A stretch of 64,000 bases of DNA from Planctomycetota bacterium (GTDB lineage: Bacteria > Planctomycetota > UBA8108 > SXIK01). The stretch covers positions 8,288,001-8,352,000 of the forward strand of contig OZ244999.1 in the NCBI GenBank assembly GCA_965223265.1, given 5' to 3'. The translations under genes and the position numbers were made by a program. Below are positions 28,058 through 37,890 of this stretch, one piece after another (within the stretch, counting starts at the first letter, position 1; every line of letters starts with the position of its first letter). The notes under the pieces were generated by a model, which saw nothing but the letters and a program-made list of their open reading frames with translations, had not been told where the DNA came from and searched no databases.

Positions 28058-31000
28058 TCAGAACGATCCGCGGAGCGACTTCAAATACGCGAGCAGGTGC
28101 CGCATCTCGTCGCGCTTCAATAATTGATCCAGGCCTTGCGGCATCAGCGAGGCGGACTGACGTTCCATGGCGGCGACTTCGTGGCGCTCGATCCTGACGC
28201 GGGACAAGTCGGCACCGCGCAGCGTCATCGACTCTGCATCCTCGGCGCTGACAACGCCGCTGATCACCTCGCCGTCCGTCGTCACAATGGCGTACGTTTC
28301 GTAGCCCTGAGCGAACGACGCCGACGGAAAGACGACCGCTTCGAGGAGGTCGCGCCCAGCACGAACGCGTCCGATCTCGGTGAGGTCCGGCCCGAGCGTG
28401 CCTCCCTCCTGGCCGACGCGATGGCACGCACTGCAGGCAGCGCGGCCGTAGAAGAGCTCGCGGCCACGGGCGGCGTCGCCGCCGTCGAGGAGCGGGCGGA
28501 GAGCGACCAAACGCGCCTCGTCGAGTGCCGCAGCCGTTGTGGAGCGCTGCGCGAGTGTCGATGCTGCGCGCTGCACGTCCTCCGGAAAGCGCGCGAACGC
28601 GCGGCGGATTTCGCTCGGTCGAAGGGCTGTGGCCGCTGGCGCGGTCCGTAGTGCCAGCAGCAGCGCGGAGCCGACTGCGGCATCGCTGGAAGACCCGAAC
28701 GCGTGGAGCAGTTGCGACGCGACGAGAGCGTCACCCTCTGTCACCGCGTCGGCGAGGCGCAGGAGCTGCGGTTTCGACAACACCCCCATCTGGCCGAGCG
28801 CGGCCGCCGCTTTCAACTTGACGAACGGATCGGCCTCGACGCCGACATGCGAGACGAGCAGATCGAAAAGTTCGTCGTCGAGCACTGCGAGGCGCGAAGC
28901 GCACGCGCGCAGTGCCGAGAAACGAACATCGAGGCGTTCACGGTTCCGCCGTGAGAGTTGAATGAGGGCAGCGTCGAAACCGTCGAGACGTTGCATGCGG
29001 ATCAGATCAATCGCCTGCAATCGCACCGCGATCGAGGAGTGTGTCAGAGCTCTGCTGATGCCTGTGCGCCAAGAGTCGGGAAGCGACGGCACGTGGGCGC
29101 TGGCCAGCGTCTCGAGAAGTGTGCCGAGGGCTTCCTCCGATGTGCCCTCCTCCATGAGTGCCGAACCGATGACATCGCGCACTTCGTCTTCGTTGGCAAA
29201 CGCTCTGAGTGCGCCGCGCAGCGCTGCCGACTCGACACCGGGTGCCAGCGACTGTGGTTTCTTCGTTGTTGCGTCGGACACGCCCAGCCACCCCTTCAGG
29301 TGTCTCGCCAGCTCCATTGACCACTCTGGGTGACGACCAACAACTTCGAGAGTTGCCGCACGGAGTGCGGAGTTGTCGGTGTCGAGGCATGCGAAGACAT
29401 CCTCTACCGCGAGCTGCGCCCCGGATTGATCGAGGGCGACGAGCGCCGCACGTCGCACACCCGCGTGCTCGTCACGCAGGTAGGGACTGAGGTGTTCACG
29501 GAGCTCGACGTGTCCGACGACCATCTGGATGAGGGTGTGGATCACCGTGTGTTCGACGAACGCATCCGTTTCGCCATGTAGGAGGTCGAGGAGTTGAGGA
29601 ATGATTGCCAGCGACTCTGAACGCGGTAGAGAGATGCGCCCCAGAGCCTCGGCGGCTTGCCGACGGACTCCGGGGTCGGCGTCACCGAGTGCGCCGGTGA
29701 CGGCGTCGGTTGCGCTGCTGCAGCGCAGTGTGGCGACCGCTCTGAGGGCCGCGAGGCGGACTTCCACCTCCGGATCCGCGATGCCGAGAGCAAGAGCGTC
29801 ACGCGCTGCGTCGCTCTCGATGCGCGCCAGCGCCCATAGGGCGCGCCGGCGGATCTCAGGGTCGGAGCCGTCGCGCAGCGCCGTCGTCAAAGCCGCGGCG
29901 CCGTGCTGCGTCAATGCATCTCTGGCTCGGTCTCGGACGACGGGGCGTGGGTCGCCGAGAAGAGCGACGAGGCGCGAAGGAGCGAGTGCCTGCCATGCGA
30001 TCTCCTTCCCACGCGGGTCTCGACCTGTCGTCGCGTCGCGACGGCGTACGCGCCAGACGCCACCTTTGACTTCGGGCTTGGCGACGCGCGAGAGAGGACA
30101 GGCGTGAATGTACCAGCCGCCCGTGTCGACGATCAGGAGCGACCCATCTGCATCCTCGAGGACGTCCGTGGGGTGAAAGTCTGGGTCGGCGGAGCTCAAG
30201 AAATCGTGATTGTCGATGAGGTAGGTCGAGCCGTGGCGACGAACGTCATGCCAAGTGACCTTGTGCGGGTTGAAGTGCGCGGTGAACAGGCGACCGCGAT
30301 ACTCCGCGCCGAACTGTTCGCCGCGGTAACGAACGACGCCCGCCGGTGCGACGCGCCCCCAAATCGTCATCGGCGGTAGCAGCCGGCCTGTCCACAGGAA
30401 CTCGGCTGTCGACGAGTGTAGCTTCGGATAGACTCCACCCTCGACGAGGTGAAGCATTGCGTCGCGCTCTCCATTGCGTGGATTGGTGATGTAAGTCATC
30501 GTCAGGAACATCTGTCCGGTACGAGAGAACGCGACTTCGACCGGGTTGTCGAAGCCACCGCCACCGACGCGTTCGAGCTCGGAGCCGTCCGGTTGCAGTC
30601 GGTAGATGCCCGAGGCCAGCCCTTTGACCCGGCGTCCGTCGCCGAAGTCGAGCTCATGGCCATGGCGACCGTGGGTCAAGTAGAGTCGGCCGCATGGCCC
30701 GAGAAAGGGACCGTGAAGACTCGCCGTGTTGCGAAGATTGAAGCCGGAGACGATGGCCTCACGGCGCTCCGCGTGGCCGTCGCGATCCTCATCGGTGAAG
30801 CGCCAGAGATCAGGAGCCGCAGCGACGTACAGTGCCTCTTGGTGCCACAGCACGCCCATGGGGAGGCTGAGCTTCGCAGCGAAGACAGAGCCGCGGTCGT
30901 AGCGCCCGTCTCCATCGTCGTCGTGGAGCAAGCGAACGAAATTGCGCGGCGCATCGATCGCTTCGGGTCCGTGCGCGTTCGTGCCATCGGACTCGGCGAG

Positions 31001-31696
31001 AAAGAGCCGACCGTCGTTCGTCAGATGAGCCAGCATCGGGTACTGGGTCAGCGGCGGTAGAGCCGCCGGCTCGATCTTGAATCCGGACGGCAGGTGAAAC
31101 CGAGGCTCGTTCGGGTCGCGAGGAGGCACGACCGCATCGGCAGCGACGGCATCAAGGCGCAGGGTGCCGACGGTGACGTCGCCGTCGGCGCCCGCGTTCG
31201 ACAGCTCGATCGAGCTACGCTCACCGCTGTTGAAATAGAAGACGCCAAGCTCGAAGCCAGGCTCAGGGCGTTTCGGAGTCGACCGTTGGTCGATGACCAA
31301 CGTGTCGAGGCTGAAGGCGTGGCGGATGGTCACGGCCGCATTGGAAGCGTTTGATTCGCTTGGAGTGTATGACAGGGAGACGCGGTAGAAGCTGGCGCGC
31401 GGAAGATCTGGTTGCCATCGGAGAGTGCTGACTTCAGCCACACGCCCCAGCGCGACGTGCTCGGTGCCCCGGACCATCCAGTCGCCTTTCATCGTGGCGT
31501 CGTCAGGGCGGAGGAGGATGGTCGTCTCCTGCGCGTTCCTCTCGGCAGGATCGTCGCCGCCGGGCGTTCTTTTGTCGTCAGCAGCGCATGGAGTCGACGT
31601 GGAGATGGAGATGATCAGAAGCGGTGTCAGCCAACTAAGAGCCGCGCAGGGCGAACTCCTTTTGCCAGTTCTTTCCGATTTTGAGAATCCAATCAT
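28058..31696 (-). CDS. PVC-type heme-binding CxxCH protein (beta-propeller + HEAT + cytochrome c) with an extra N-terminal CBM-like domain
   Basis: FHLPSGFKIE..., DDDGDGRYD, GFDNP, DFHPTDV.EDADGSL, HEAT repeats, GRELF...CSACH...GPDLT, SLMPQGL. Confidence 0.9.
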   Translation of the reverse strand: MIGFSKSERTGKRSSPCAALSWLTPLLIISISTSTPCAADDKRTPGGDDPAERNAQETTILLRPDDATMKGDWMVRGTEHVALGRVAEVSTLRWQPDLPRASFYRVSLSYTPSESNASNAAVTIRHAFSLDTLVIDQRSTPKRPEPGFELGVFYFNSGERSSIELSNAGADGDVTVGTLRLDAVAADAVVPPRDPNEPRFHLPSGFKIEPAALPPLTQYPMLAHLTNDGRLFLAESDGTNAHGPEAIDAPRNFVRLLHDDDGDGRYDRGSVFAAKLSLPMGVLWHQEALYVAAAPDLWRFTDEDRDGHAERREAIVSGFNLRNTASLHGPFLGPCGRLYLTHGRHGHELDFGDGRRVKGLASGIYRLQPDGSELERVGGGGFDNPVEVAFSRTGQMFLTMTYITNPRNGERDAMLHLVEGGVYPKLHSSTAEFLWTGRLLPPMTIWGRVAPAGVVRYRGEQFGAEYRGRLFTAHFNPHKVTWHDVRRHGSTYLIDNHDFLSSADPDFHPTDVLEDADGSLLIVDTGGWYIHACPLSRVAKPEVKGGVWRVRRRDATTGRDPRGKEIAWQALAPSRLVALLGDPRPVVRDRARDALTQHGAAALTTALRDGSDPEIRRRALWALARIESDAARDALALGIADPEVEVRLAALRAVATLRCSSATDAVTGALGDADPGVRRQAAEALGRISLPRSESLAIIPQLLDLLHGETDAFVEHTVIHTLIQMVVGHVELREHLSPYLRDEHAGVRRAALVALDQSGAQLAVEDVFACLDTDNSALRAATLEVVGRHPEWSMELARHLKGWLGVSDATTKKPQSLAPGVESAALRGALRAFANEDEVRDVIGSALMEEGTSEEALGTLLETLASAHVPSLPDSWRTGISRALTHSSIAVRLQAIDLIRMQRLDGFDAALIQLSRRNRERLDVRFSALRACASRLAVLDDELFDLLVSHVGVEADPFVKLKAAAALGQMGVLSKPQLLRLADAVTEGDALVASQLLHAFGSSSDAAVGSALLLALRTAPAATALRPSEIRRAFARFPEDVQRAASTLAQRSTTAAALDEARLVALRPLLDGGDAARGRELFYGRAACSACHRVGQEGGTLGPDLTEIGRVRAGRDLLEAVVFPSASFAQGYETYAIVTTDGEVISGVVSAEDAESMTLRGADLSRVRIERHEVAAMERQSASLMPQGLDQLLKRDEMRHLLAYLKSLRGSF

Positions 31697-31891
31697 CGTT
31701 GCCTTCTTGTGTCGGCCGGGAAAGCGGCGGTTCTGGCTCTGGTTGTCTTCTGTGCAGTTAGAGGAATTCGACGCGGCGTGAGAGGGACTCCGCTGTTGTT
31801 ACCTCTCAAGAAAAGCGTGGCGCACGGCCGAATCAGATTGTACTGGATTCTCTTTCCGAAGGAGAAAGTGATCGTGCACTGGAGTTGACGC

Positions 31892-34330
31892 GTGACGGAC
31901 TTGAAGAGTCGAGCTCGAGTCGTGGTGATCGGCAGTGGCATCTGCGGTTCGAGCATCGCCTACCATCTCACCCAGCTCGGTGAGCACGACGTCGTCGTCC
32001 TCGAGCGAGGGCCGTTGATCCAAGGCACGACGTCGCACGCGCCCGGTCTCGTCGGTCAGCTGCGTTCCGATCGGTCGCTGACCCAGATGTTAATGTACAG
32101 CGTTCAGCTCTACAGCGAGCTTGAACTCGACGGCGAAAAAGGCTATTGGGGCGTCGGATCGCTGCGCGCTGCGTCGACTCCCGAGCGCCTCGACGAACTC
32201 AAGTCGCAGCACGGGTTCGCGCAGGCGGTGGGACTCGAGGCGGAGCTCATTGGCGCGGACGAAGTTGCCAGGCGCTTTCCGCTCGTCGACGCGTCGCGGG
32301 TCGAGGGGGCGCTCTTCCTGCCGGGCGACGGCTCTGCAAATGCGATGACTCTCGTGCGCGCTCTGCAGGAGCGTGCGCGCCAAGGAGGCGTCGAGTTCTT
32401 CGATCACTGCGTGGTGGAGTCCATCGATACGAGCGCCGGTGCGGTCACCGCGATTGAGACTTCGAAGGGAAGGATCGAAACGGAGATTGTCGTCGTCGCT
32501 GCCGGGATCTGGTCACCACAGTTGGGGCGACTCGTCGGCGTCGGGATTCCGCTCGTACCGATGCAGCATCAATACGTCAGAACGGCACCCCTTGCAGAGC
32601 TCAGCGGACTTCGGCTGCCGAACCTTCGCGATCCCGATCATTCGACCTACCTGCGACAAGACGGCGAGTCGCTGGTCATCGGCGGCTACGAGAGCAATCC
32701 GGCGCCGTTCTCCGTCGACGCGATCCCTGACCGTGCTAACCCGACGGTGCAGGAATTCGATGTCGAGCGTTTCGAATCGCTGCGGCGTGGTAGCGCGGTG
32801 ATGACGCCGTGTATTGCGGGTGCTGACCTTGTCGATTGCGTCAACGGCCTCGAGTCGTTCACCGCTGATGGTGAGTTTATTCTCGGCGAAGCGCCGAACG
32901 TCAAAGGCTTCTGGGTCGCGTGCGGGTTTTGCGCCCATGGCGTCTCCGGTGCCGGCGGGGTCGGGCGTGTCATGGCCGAATGGATCGTCAGCGGCGAACC
33001 GAGTTGGGACCTCTGGCACATGGACGTGCGCCGCTTCAGTCGTCACGCCGCCGGCAGCGACTACGTCCGTCGGCGTGCGATGGAGATTTACGGCAACTAC
33101 TACGCCCTGGCGCACCCGCACCGTGAACGGGAGAGCGAACGTCCCTTGCGAACGAGTCCGGCGTACGATCGCGTTAAGCGCCTCGGTGCCGTTTTCGGTG
33201 AGAAAGCGGGATGGGAGCGAGCCAATTGGTTTCAGCCGAACGCCAGCGGCGACCGTCACACACCGACGCGGTGGCGGCCTCGATCTTTTGCCGCGGAACA
33301 CTGGTCCGAGGCGATCGCAACGGAGCACGCTGTGACCCGCGAGCGAGTGGCGCTCTTCGACGTCTCATCGTTCAGCAAATTCGAGCTCTCCGGCCCGCGA
33401 AGTCTTGAGTCGCTCGAACGGTTGTGTGCCAACCGCATCGACCAACCCGTCGGCTCGGTGATCTACACACAGATGTGCAACGCGAGCGGCGGCATAGAGT
33501 GTGACCTCACGGTGACGCGACTCGAGGCTGACCGTTTCCGTGTCGTGACTGGGACTGCATTCGGAGTTCATGACGGCGCTTGGATCCGTCGACATCTGCC
33601 GGCGGACGGGAGCGTGGTGCTGCGCGATGTCTCAGGCACCTATGCAGTCTACGGTGTCTGGGGGCCGCGCGCGCGCGACTTGATGGAGTCGCTCTCTGAC
33701 GACGATTTTTCCGACGCGGGATTCCCATATCTGACGGCGGCGTCGGTGACTCTCGACTCGGTGCCAGTCGAAGCTTCAAGGGTTACGTACGTCGGCGAGC
33801 TCGGCTGGGAGCTCTACTGCACGGCGGAGTTTGCGCTGCGGCTTTGGGACACGCTGTGGCGCAAGGGCCAAGAGTTCGACGCCGTGGCAGCAGGCTATCG
33901 CGCGATCGACTCGCTGCGTCTCGAGAAGGGCTATCGCTACTGGGGCGCCGACATCACGAGCAAGGACACACCGTACGAGGCGGGACTTGGGTTTGCCGTC
34001 AAACTTGACAAGGGCGACTTCATCGGCCGAGAGGCGCTACAGAGCGCGAAGGCACGCGGCCTTGAGCGTCGACTCCGCTGCCTGACGATTGACGATCCAC
34101 GCGCGACCGTGATCGGCGGGGAGCCTTGTTTTCAGGGGGGCGAAGTGATCGGCTACGTCACCAGTGGTGGCTACGGCTACACGGTCGAGAAGTCGATCGC
34201 GTTTGCTTATTTGCCCGCGGCCATCAAGCGTGGGGCACTGCTGGAGCTCGAGCTCTTCTCGGAGCGCTTTGAGGCTCGCGTTGAGCGTGAACCCTTGTTT
34301 GATCCCAAGGGCGAGAAGATTCGGGCCTAA
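31892..34330 (+). CDS. GcvT-domain FAD oxidoreductase (dimethylglycine/sarcosine dehydrogenase-like)
   Basis: GSGICG FAD motif, GTTSHAPG, NGLESFTADG, GWERANWF, YVGELGWEL, SLRLEKGY. Confidence 0.92.
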   Translation: MTDLKSRARVVVIGSGICGSSIAYHLTQLGEHDVVVLERGPLIQGTTSHAPGLVGQLRSDRSLTQMLMYSVQLYSELELDGEKGYWGVGSLRAASTPERLDELKSQHGFAQAVGLEAELIGADEVARRFPLVDASRVEGALFLPGDGSANAMTLVRALQERARQGGVEFFDHCVVESIDTSAGAVTAIETSKGRIETEIVVVAAGIWSPQLGRLVGVGIPLVPMQHQYVRTAPLAELSGLRLPNLRDPDHSTYLRQDGESLVIGGYESNPAPFSVDAIPDRANPTVQEFDVERFESLRRGSAVMTPCIAGADLVDCVNGLESFTADGEFILGEAPNVKGFWVACGFCAHGVSGAGGVGRVMAEWIVSGEPSWDLWHMDVRRFSRHAAGSDYVRRRAMEIYGNYYALAHPHRERESERPLRTSPAYDRVKRLGAVFGEKAGWERANWFQPNASGDRHTPTRWRPRSFAAEHWSEAIATEHAVTRERVALFDVSSFSKFELSGPRSLESLERLCANRIDQPVGSVIYTQMCNASGGIECDLTVTRLEADRFRVVTGTAFGVHDGAWIRRHLPADGSVVLRDVSGTYAVYGVWGPRARDLMESLSDDDFSDAGFPYLTAASVTLDSVPVEASRVTYVGELGWELYCTAEFALRLWDTLWRKGQEFDAVAAGYRAIDSLRLEKGYRYWGADITSKDTPYEAGLGFAVKLDKGDFIGREALQSAKARGLERRLRCLTIDDPRATVIGGEPCFQGGEVIGYVTSGGYGYTVEKSIAFAYLPAAIKRGALLELELFSERFEARVEREPLFDPKGEKIRA

Positions 34331-34489
34331 CAGCCCGTTGAAAAAGTCATTCGGCCGAGAAACTACCCTCTTCACGCCCAGCTCGACCGCGTCAATACTC
34401 AATAATCTCGGAGATTACCTGCGTTTGCCGCAGCCGATCTGGACGCGAAGAGACCAGTTTTCGGCTCGAAGCACTTTTTCACCGGGCTG
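34331..34489. mobile_element. 159-bp MITE (IS5/IS1182-type ends) with a 4-bp CTAA target duplication
   Basis: TIRs CAGCCCGTTGAAAAAGT and ACTTTTTCACCGGGCTG (16/17 match); CTAA at 34327-34330 and 34490-34493; further internal inverted repeat. Confidence 0.85.
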
Positions 34490-34685
34490 CTAAGGCGTTG
34501 GCGGTGATGTGGCAACCGCCTGATCCTTCTTTCGCAGCTCTGACGTTTGGCGTACGATGAGCTGATTCAGATCTCCATTGGTAGTCTGCGCCTGCCGGCC
34601 AGCGCTTTGCACACAGGGCGCACCGGGTGCGACTCGAGAGTTGCGTGATGAGATCACCTTGCGGCAAGGGATGACGGGGAGAGGT

Positions 34686-37600
34686 ATGGCAGCGCAAACG
34701 CAGAGACAAGTGTGGCCTTGGCGTGATTTGAGTTTCGCTTTGACTCTTTCCGTGCTCGTCTGCGCACCTGGTGACGCCGGCGATTGGCCGATGTTCCGGC
34801 ACGACGCGGCGCGCACCGGGCACACGCCCGAAGAACTTGCCGCGGAGCTCTTCCCGCAGTGGGTTTATCGTCACCCAGAGGCGCCGCGTCCCGCTTGGCC
34901 GCGGCGAGGTCGATTGAGCTTCGACCGAGCGTACGAGCCGGTCATCGCCCGCGACATCCTTTGCTTCGGTAGTTCCGCAGACGGTGCTCTGTACGCCCTC
35001 GACGCAGCAACCGGGCGTGTCCTCTGGACGTTTCAGACGGACGCGCCGATTCGTGTCGCGCCCGCAATCGCCGGTGACGTCGTCCTTGCCGGTAGCGACG
35101 ACGGGTTTTTCTATTGTCTCGAACTTCACAGCGGTGAGGAGCGCTGGCGTCTTCGCGCCGCACCCGAGCCGGATTTTCTCTTGGGCAACGAAGCGCTCAT
35201 ATCGCGATGGACTGTTCGAGGTGGTCCGGCGGTGGAGGGCGGTGTCGTATACTTCGCTGCGGGCATTTGGCCGTCGGAAGGGATCCATCTCTATGCCGTC
35301 GACATCGCGACCGGAAAAGTCATCTGGGCCAATCGCGATTCGGGCGGCATCCACATGCCGCAGCCGCACGGAGGCGCCGAGGCAACGAGCGGCGTTTCAG
35401 CGCAGGGGCATCTCGTGGTCACAGACACACAGATTTTCTTGCCAACCGGGCGCGCGGTACCGGCTGCCTTTGACCGTCGCGACGGGCGCTTTCAGTATTA
35501 TCACCTGCAGCGCAACGGTCACGTTGGCGGTGCCGCTGCTATGGCTGTCGACGGGTCTCTCTTCAATGGCGGGGTTCGCTTTGCCGCCACGAGCGGCGAA
35601 CTCGAGGAGAAGCTTGGCCCCGGTGCAACTGCGGCCTTGGCGTCTGGGAGCGGCGTCGTCCGGGCGGCGGGGGACGGGCTCGCTCTCTACCAGTGGGCGG
35701 AGCGCGAAAAGGTCGATCGCAAAGGGCGAGCGTTGATGTGGCGTGGACTCGAAGAGACCTGTCGCATCCCGAACGCCGGCGCCGTGTCGGCCGTCATTAC
35801 AGCCGGCTCGGGCATCGTTTCGGGCGGTGATGGCCGCGTTACTTTGAGCGATCAGATCGAGCAGCGTGTGCTCTGGTCCGCACCAGTAGAAGGTGTCGCG
35901 CGCGCCCTGGCGGTCGCTGGGGGAAGACTCTATGTCAGTACCGAAGAAGGCGTGATTCACTGCTTCGGGCGCGAGCGCGTGCCGTCTGCGCCCACGCCGG
36001 CATCCACGGCTGCTGCCACGCGCCCAGCGATTGCCGACGACTCGCAGAGCGAGTTTTTCGCAGGCCTCGCTACCGAGACCATCGACCGAACGGGCGTGAC
36101 GTCGGGCTTCTGCGTCGACCTCGGCGCCGGCGACGGTACGTTCGCCTTGGAGCTGGCACGACGCTCGAATCTGATCATCTACGGTGTCGAGTCGGATCGC
36201 GACTTAGTCGAGCGCGCGCGCTCGAAGCTGCGTCGGGCAGGTCTTTACGGGCAACGTGTCGTGATGCATCACCGACCGCTCGACGCGACACACTACCCGA
36301 ACTATTTCGCCGACCTGGTAGTTTCTTCGCATGCTGCAAGGTCCGCGCGGGAAGCCAAAGGGCGCAGTGAGCAAAGTGGCACGCCGCACGATCAGAAGAG
36401 CCTGCGGCGTGAGGCGGAGCGCCTGCAGCGGCCGTACGGCGGCGTCATCGCGCTCGGTCCGCCGGGTGCGATCGAGGTTCAGCGCCGCGGGCCGCTGGCT
36501 GGGGCGGGCTCGTGGACACATCAGTACGCCGACCCAGCCAACACGATCTGCTCGCAGGACGAGGTCAAAGGACGCTTGCGTCTCCTCTGGTTCCGCGAAG
36601 TCGATCAAGACCTAACGCAGCGTCATGGACGCGGTCCATCGCCACTGTTCGTTGACGGGATGATTCTTTCTGAAGGCCTTGATTCCCTCGTGGCGGTGAG
36701 CGCGTACAACGGGAGGCTGCTGTGGGAGTATGCACTCCCCGGCATCCTTCGCGCGTACGACGGCGATCATCTCATGGGTACGGCAGGCACGCACAGTAAC
36801 TACTGCGCCGGTGACGCCAGCGTGTTTGTCCGTCGCGCTGACGCGTGTCTCGAGATCGATCTTGCCACCGGCAAGCTCAAGCGTGAGATCAAGCTCCCAG
36901 AACATCGCGACACACGTGGCGAAAGAAATGCGACGAACCAAGTCGCGGCGACGCCACGGCGTTGGGGTTACATTGCGACGGCCGACGGGCTGCTCTTCGG
37001 TTCCGCCGCCGACCCTCAACACGTCGTCACGTACCGCTACAAGCCAGGGGGCGACCTCAGCGCTCAGTTGACCGAGTCGTCGAGCTTTTTTGCGATCGAT
37101 CTCGACACATCACGAATCCTATGGCATTACAAAGCCGAACATTCGATCCGGCACAACGCGATCGCTATCGGCGCTGGTCGGGTTTATCTCATCGATCGAC
37201 CGCAGGCAGCCTACGATCGCAAGCGTGGTCGGCGGCCAGAGCAGGCGCGGGACGAGACCGGCGCGCTGTTGGCGCTCGATGCGCGGAGTGGCGAGGTCCT
37301 CTGGCGCAATGATCGCGACATCTATGGCACCGTGCTGGCGCTCGACGTCGCGTCTCAGGCGCTCCTCATGAGCTATCAACCAACGGACTTTCGACTCGCC
37401 TCGGAGGTTGGTGGGCGCCTCACGGTGTTCGGGACGCCGAACGGCCACAGGCGCTGGGAGAAGAAGGCACAGTATCGCTCGCGCCCGTCGATCAACGGCG
37501 GCACGATCTACGCCCAGGGCGGCGCTTGGGATGTGGGCAGCGGCGAAGAGCGGCAGTTCCCACTCAACCGTTCGTACGGCTGCGGCATCCTCGCCAGCGG

Positions 37601-37817
37601 CCGACACCTCATGGTTTTTCGCTCCGCGACGCTCGGTTACGTCGAAATCGGCGGCTCGCGCGGCGTCGAGAATTTCGGCGGCATGCGACCGGGCTGCTGG
37701 ATCAACGCCATCCCTGCCGGCGGTCTCGTGCTGGTGCCCGATGGTTCTTCCGGGTGCGTCTGCAGCTACCAAAACAAAGCGTGGGTGGCACTCGAGGGCG
37801 TGGCGCGAGCGGATTGA
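34686..37817 (+). CDS. PQQ-like beta-propeller protein with an internal SAM-methyltransferase-like domain (planctomycete type)
   Basis: DWPMFRHDAARTG, repeated ALDAxTGxxxW blades, CVDLGAGDG, WTHQYADPANT, C-terminal GCG, RPGCWINAIPAGG and GCVCSY. Confidence 0.85.
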   Translation: MAAQTQRQVWPWRDLSFALTLSVLVCAPGDAGDWPMFRHDAARTGHTPEELAAELFPQWVYRHPEAPRPAWPRRGRLSFDRAYEPVIARDILCFGSSADGALYALDAATGRVLWTFQTDAPIRVAPAIAGDVVLAGSDDGFFYCLELHSGEERWRLRAAPEPDFLLGNEALISRWTVRGGPAVEGGVVYFAAGIWPSEGIHLYAVDIATGKVIWANRDSGGIHMPQPHGGAEATSGVSAQGHLVVTDTQIFLPTGRAVPAAFDRRDGRFQYYHLQRNGHVGGAAAMAVDGSLFNGGVRFAATSGELEEKLGPGATAALASGSGVVRAAGDGLALYQWAEREKVDRKGRALMWRGLEETCRIPNAGAVSAVITAGSGIVSGGDGRVTLSDQIEQRVLWSAPVEGVARALAVAGGRLYVSTEEGVIHCFGRERVPSAPTPASTAAATRPAIADDSQSEFFAGLATETIDRTGVTSGFCVDLGAGDGTFALELARRSNLIIYGVESDRDLVERARSKLRRAGLYGQRVVMHHRPLDATHYPNYFADLVVSSHAARSAREAKGRSEQSGTPHDQKSLRREAERLQRPYGGVIALGPPGAIEVQRRGPLAGAGSWTHQYADPANTICSQDEVKGRLRLLWFREVDQDLTQRHGRGPSPLFVDGMILSEGLDSLVAVSAYNGRLLWEYALPGILRAYDGDHLMGTAGTHSNYCAGDASVFVRRADACLEIDLATGKLKREIKLPEHRDTRGERNATNQVAATPRRWGYIATADGLLFGSAADPQHVVTYRYKPGGDLSAQLTESSSFFAIDLDTSRILWHYKAEHSIRHNAIAIGAGRVYLIDRPQAAYDRKRGRRPEQARDETGALLALDARSGEVLWRNDRDIYGTVLALDVASQALLMSYQPTDFRLASEVGGRLTVFGTPNGHRRWEKKAQYRSRPSINGGTIYAQGGAWDVGSGEERQFPLNRSYGCGILASGRHLMVFRSATLGYVEIGGSRGVENFGGMRPGCWINAIPAGGLVLVPDGSSGCVCSYQNKAWVALEGVARAD

Positions 37818-37890
37818 GAGTCGACTTCCATGACCGTGACCATGACCGAGGCCGTGAGTTTCGACGCACGACTCCATCGGCGCCTGAGCA

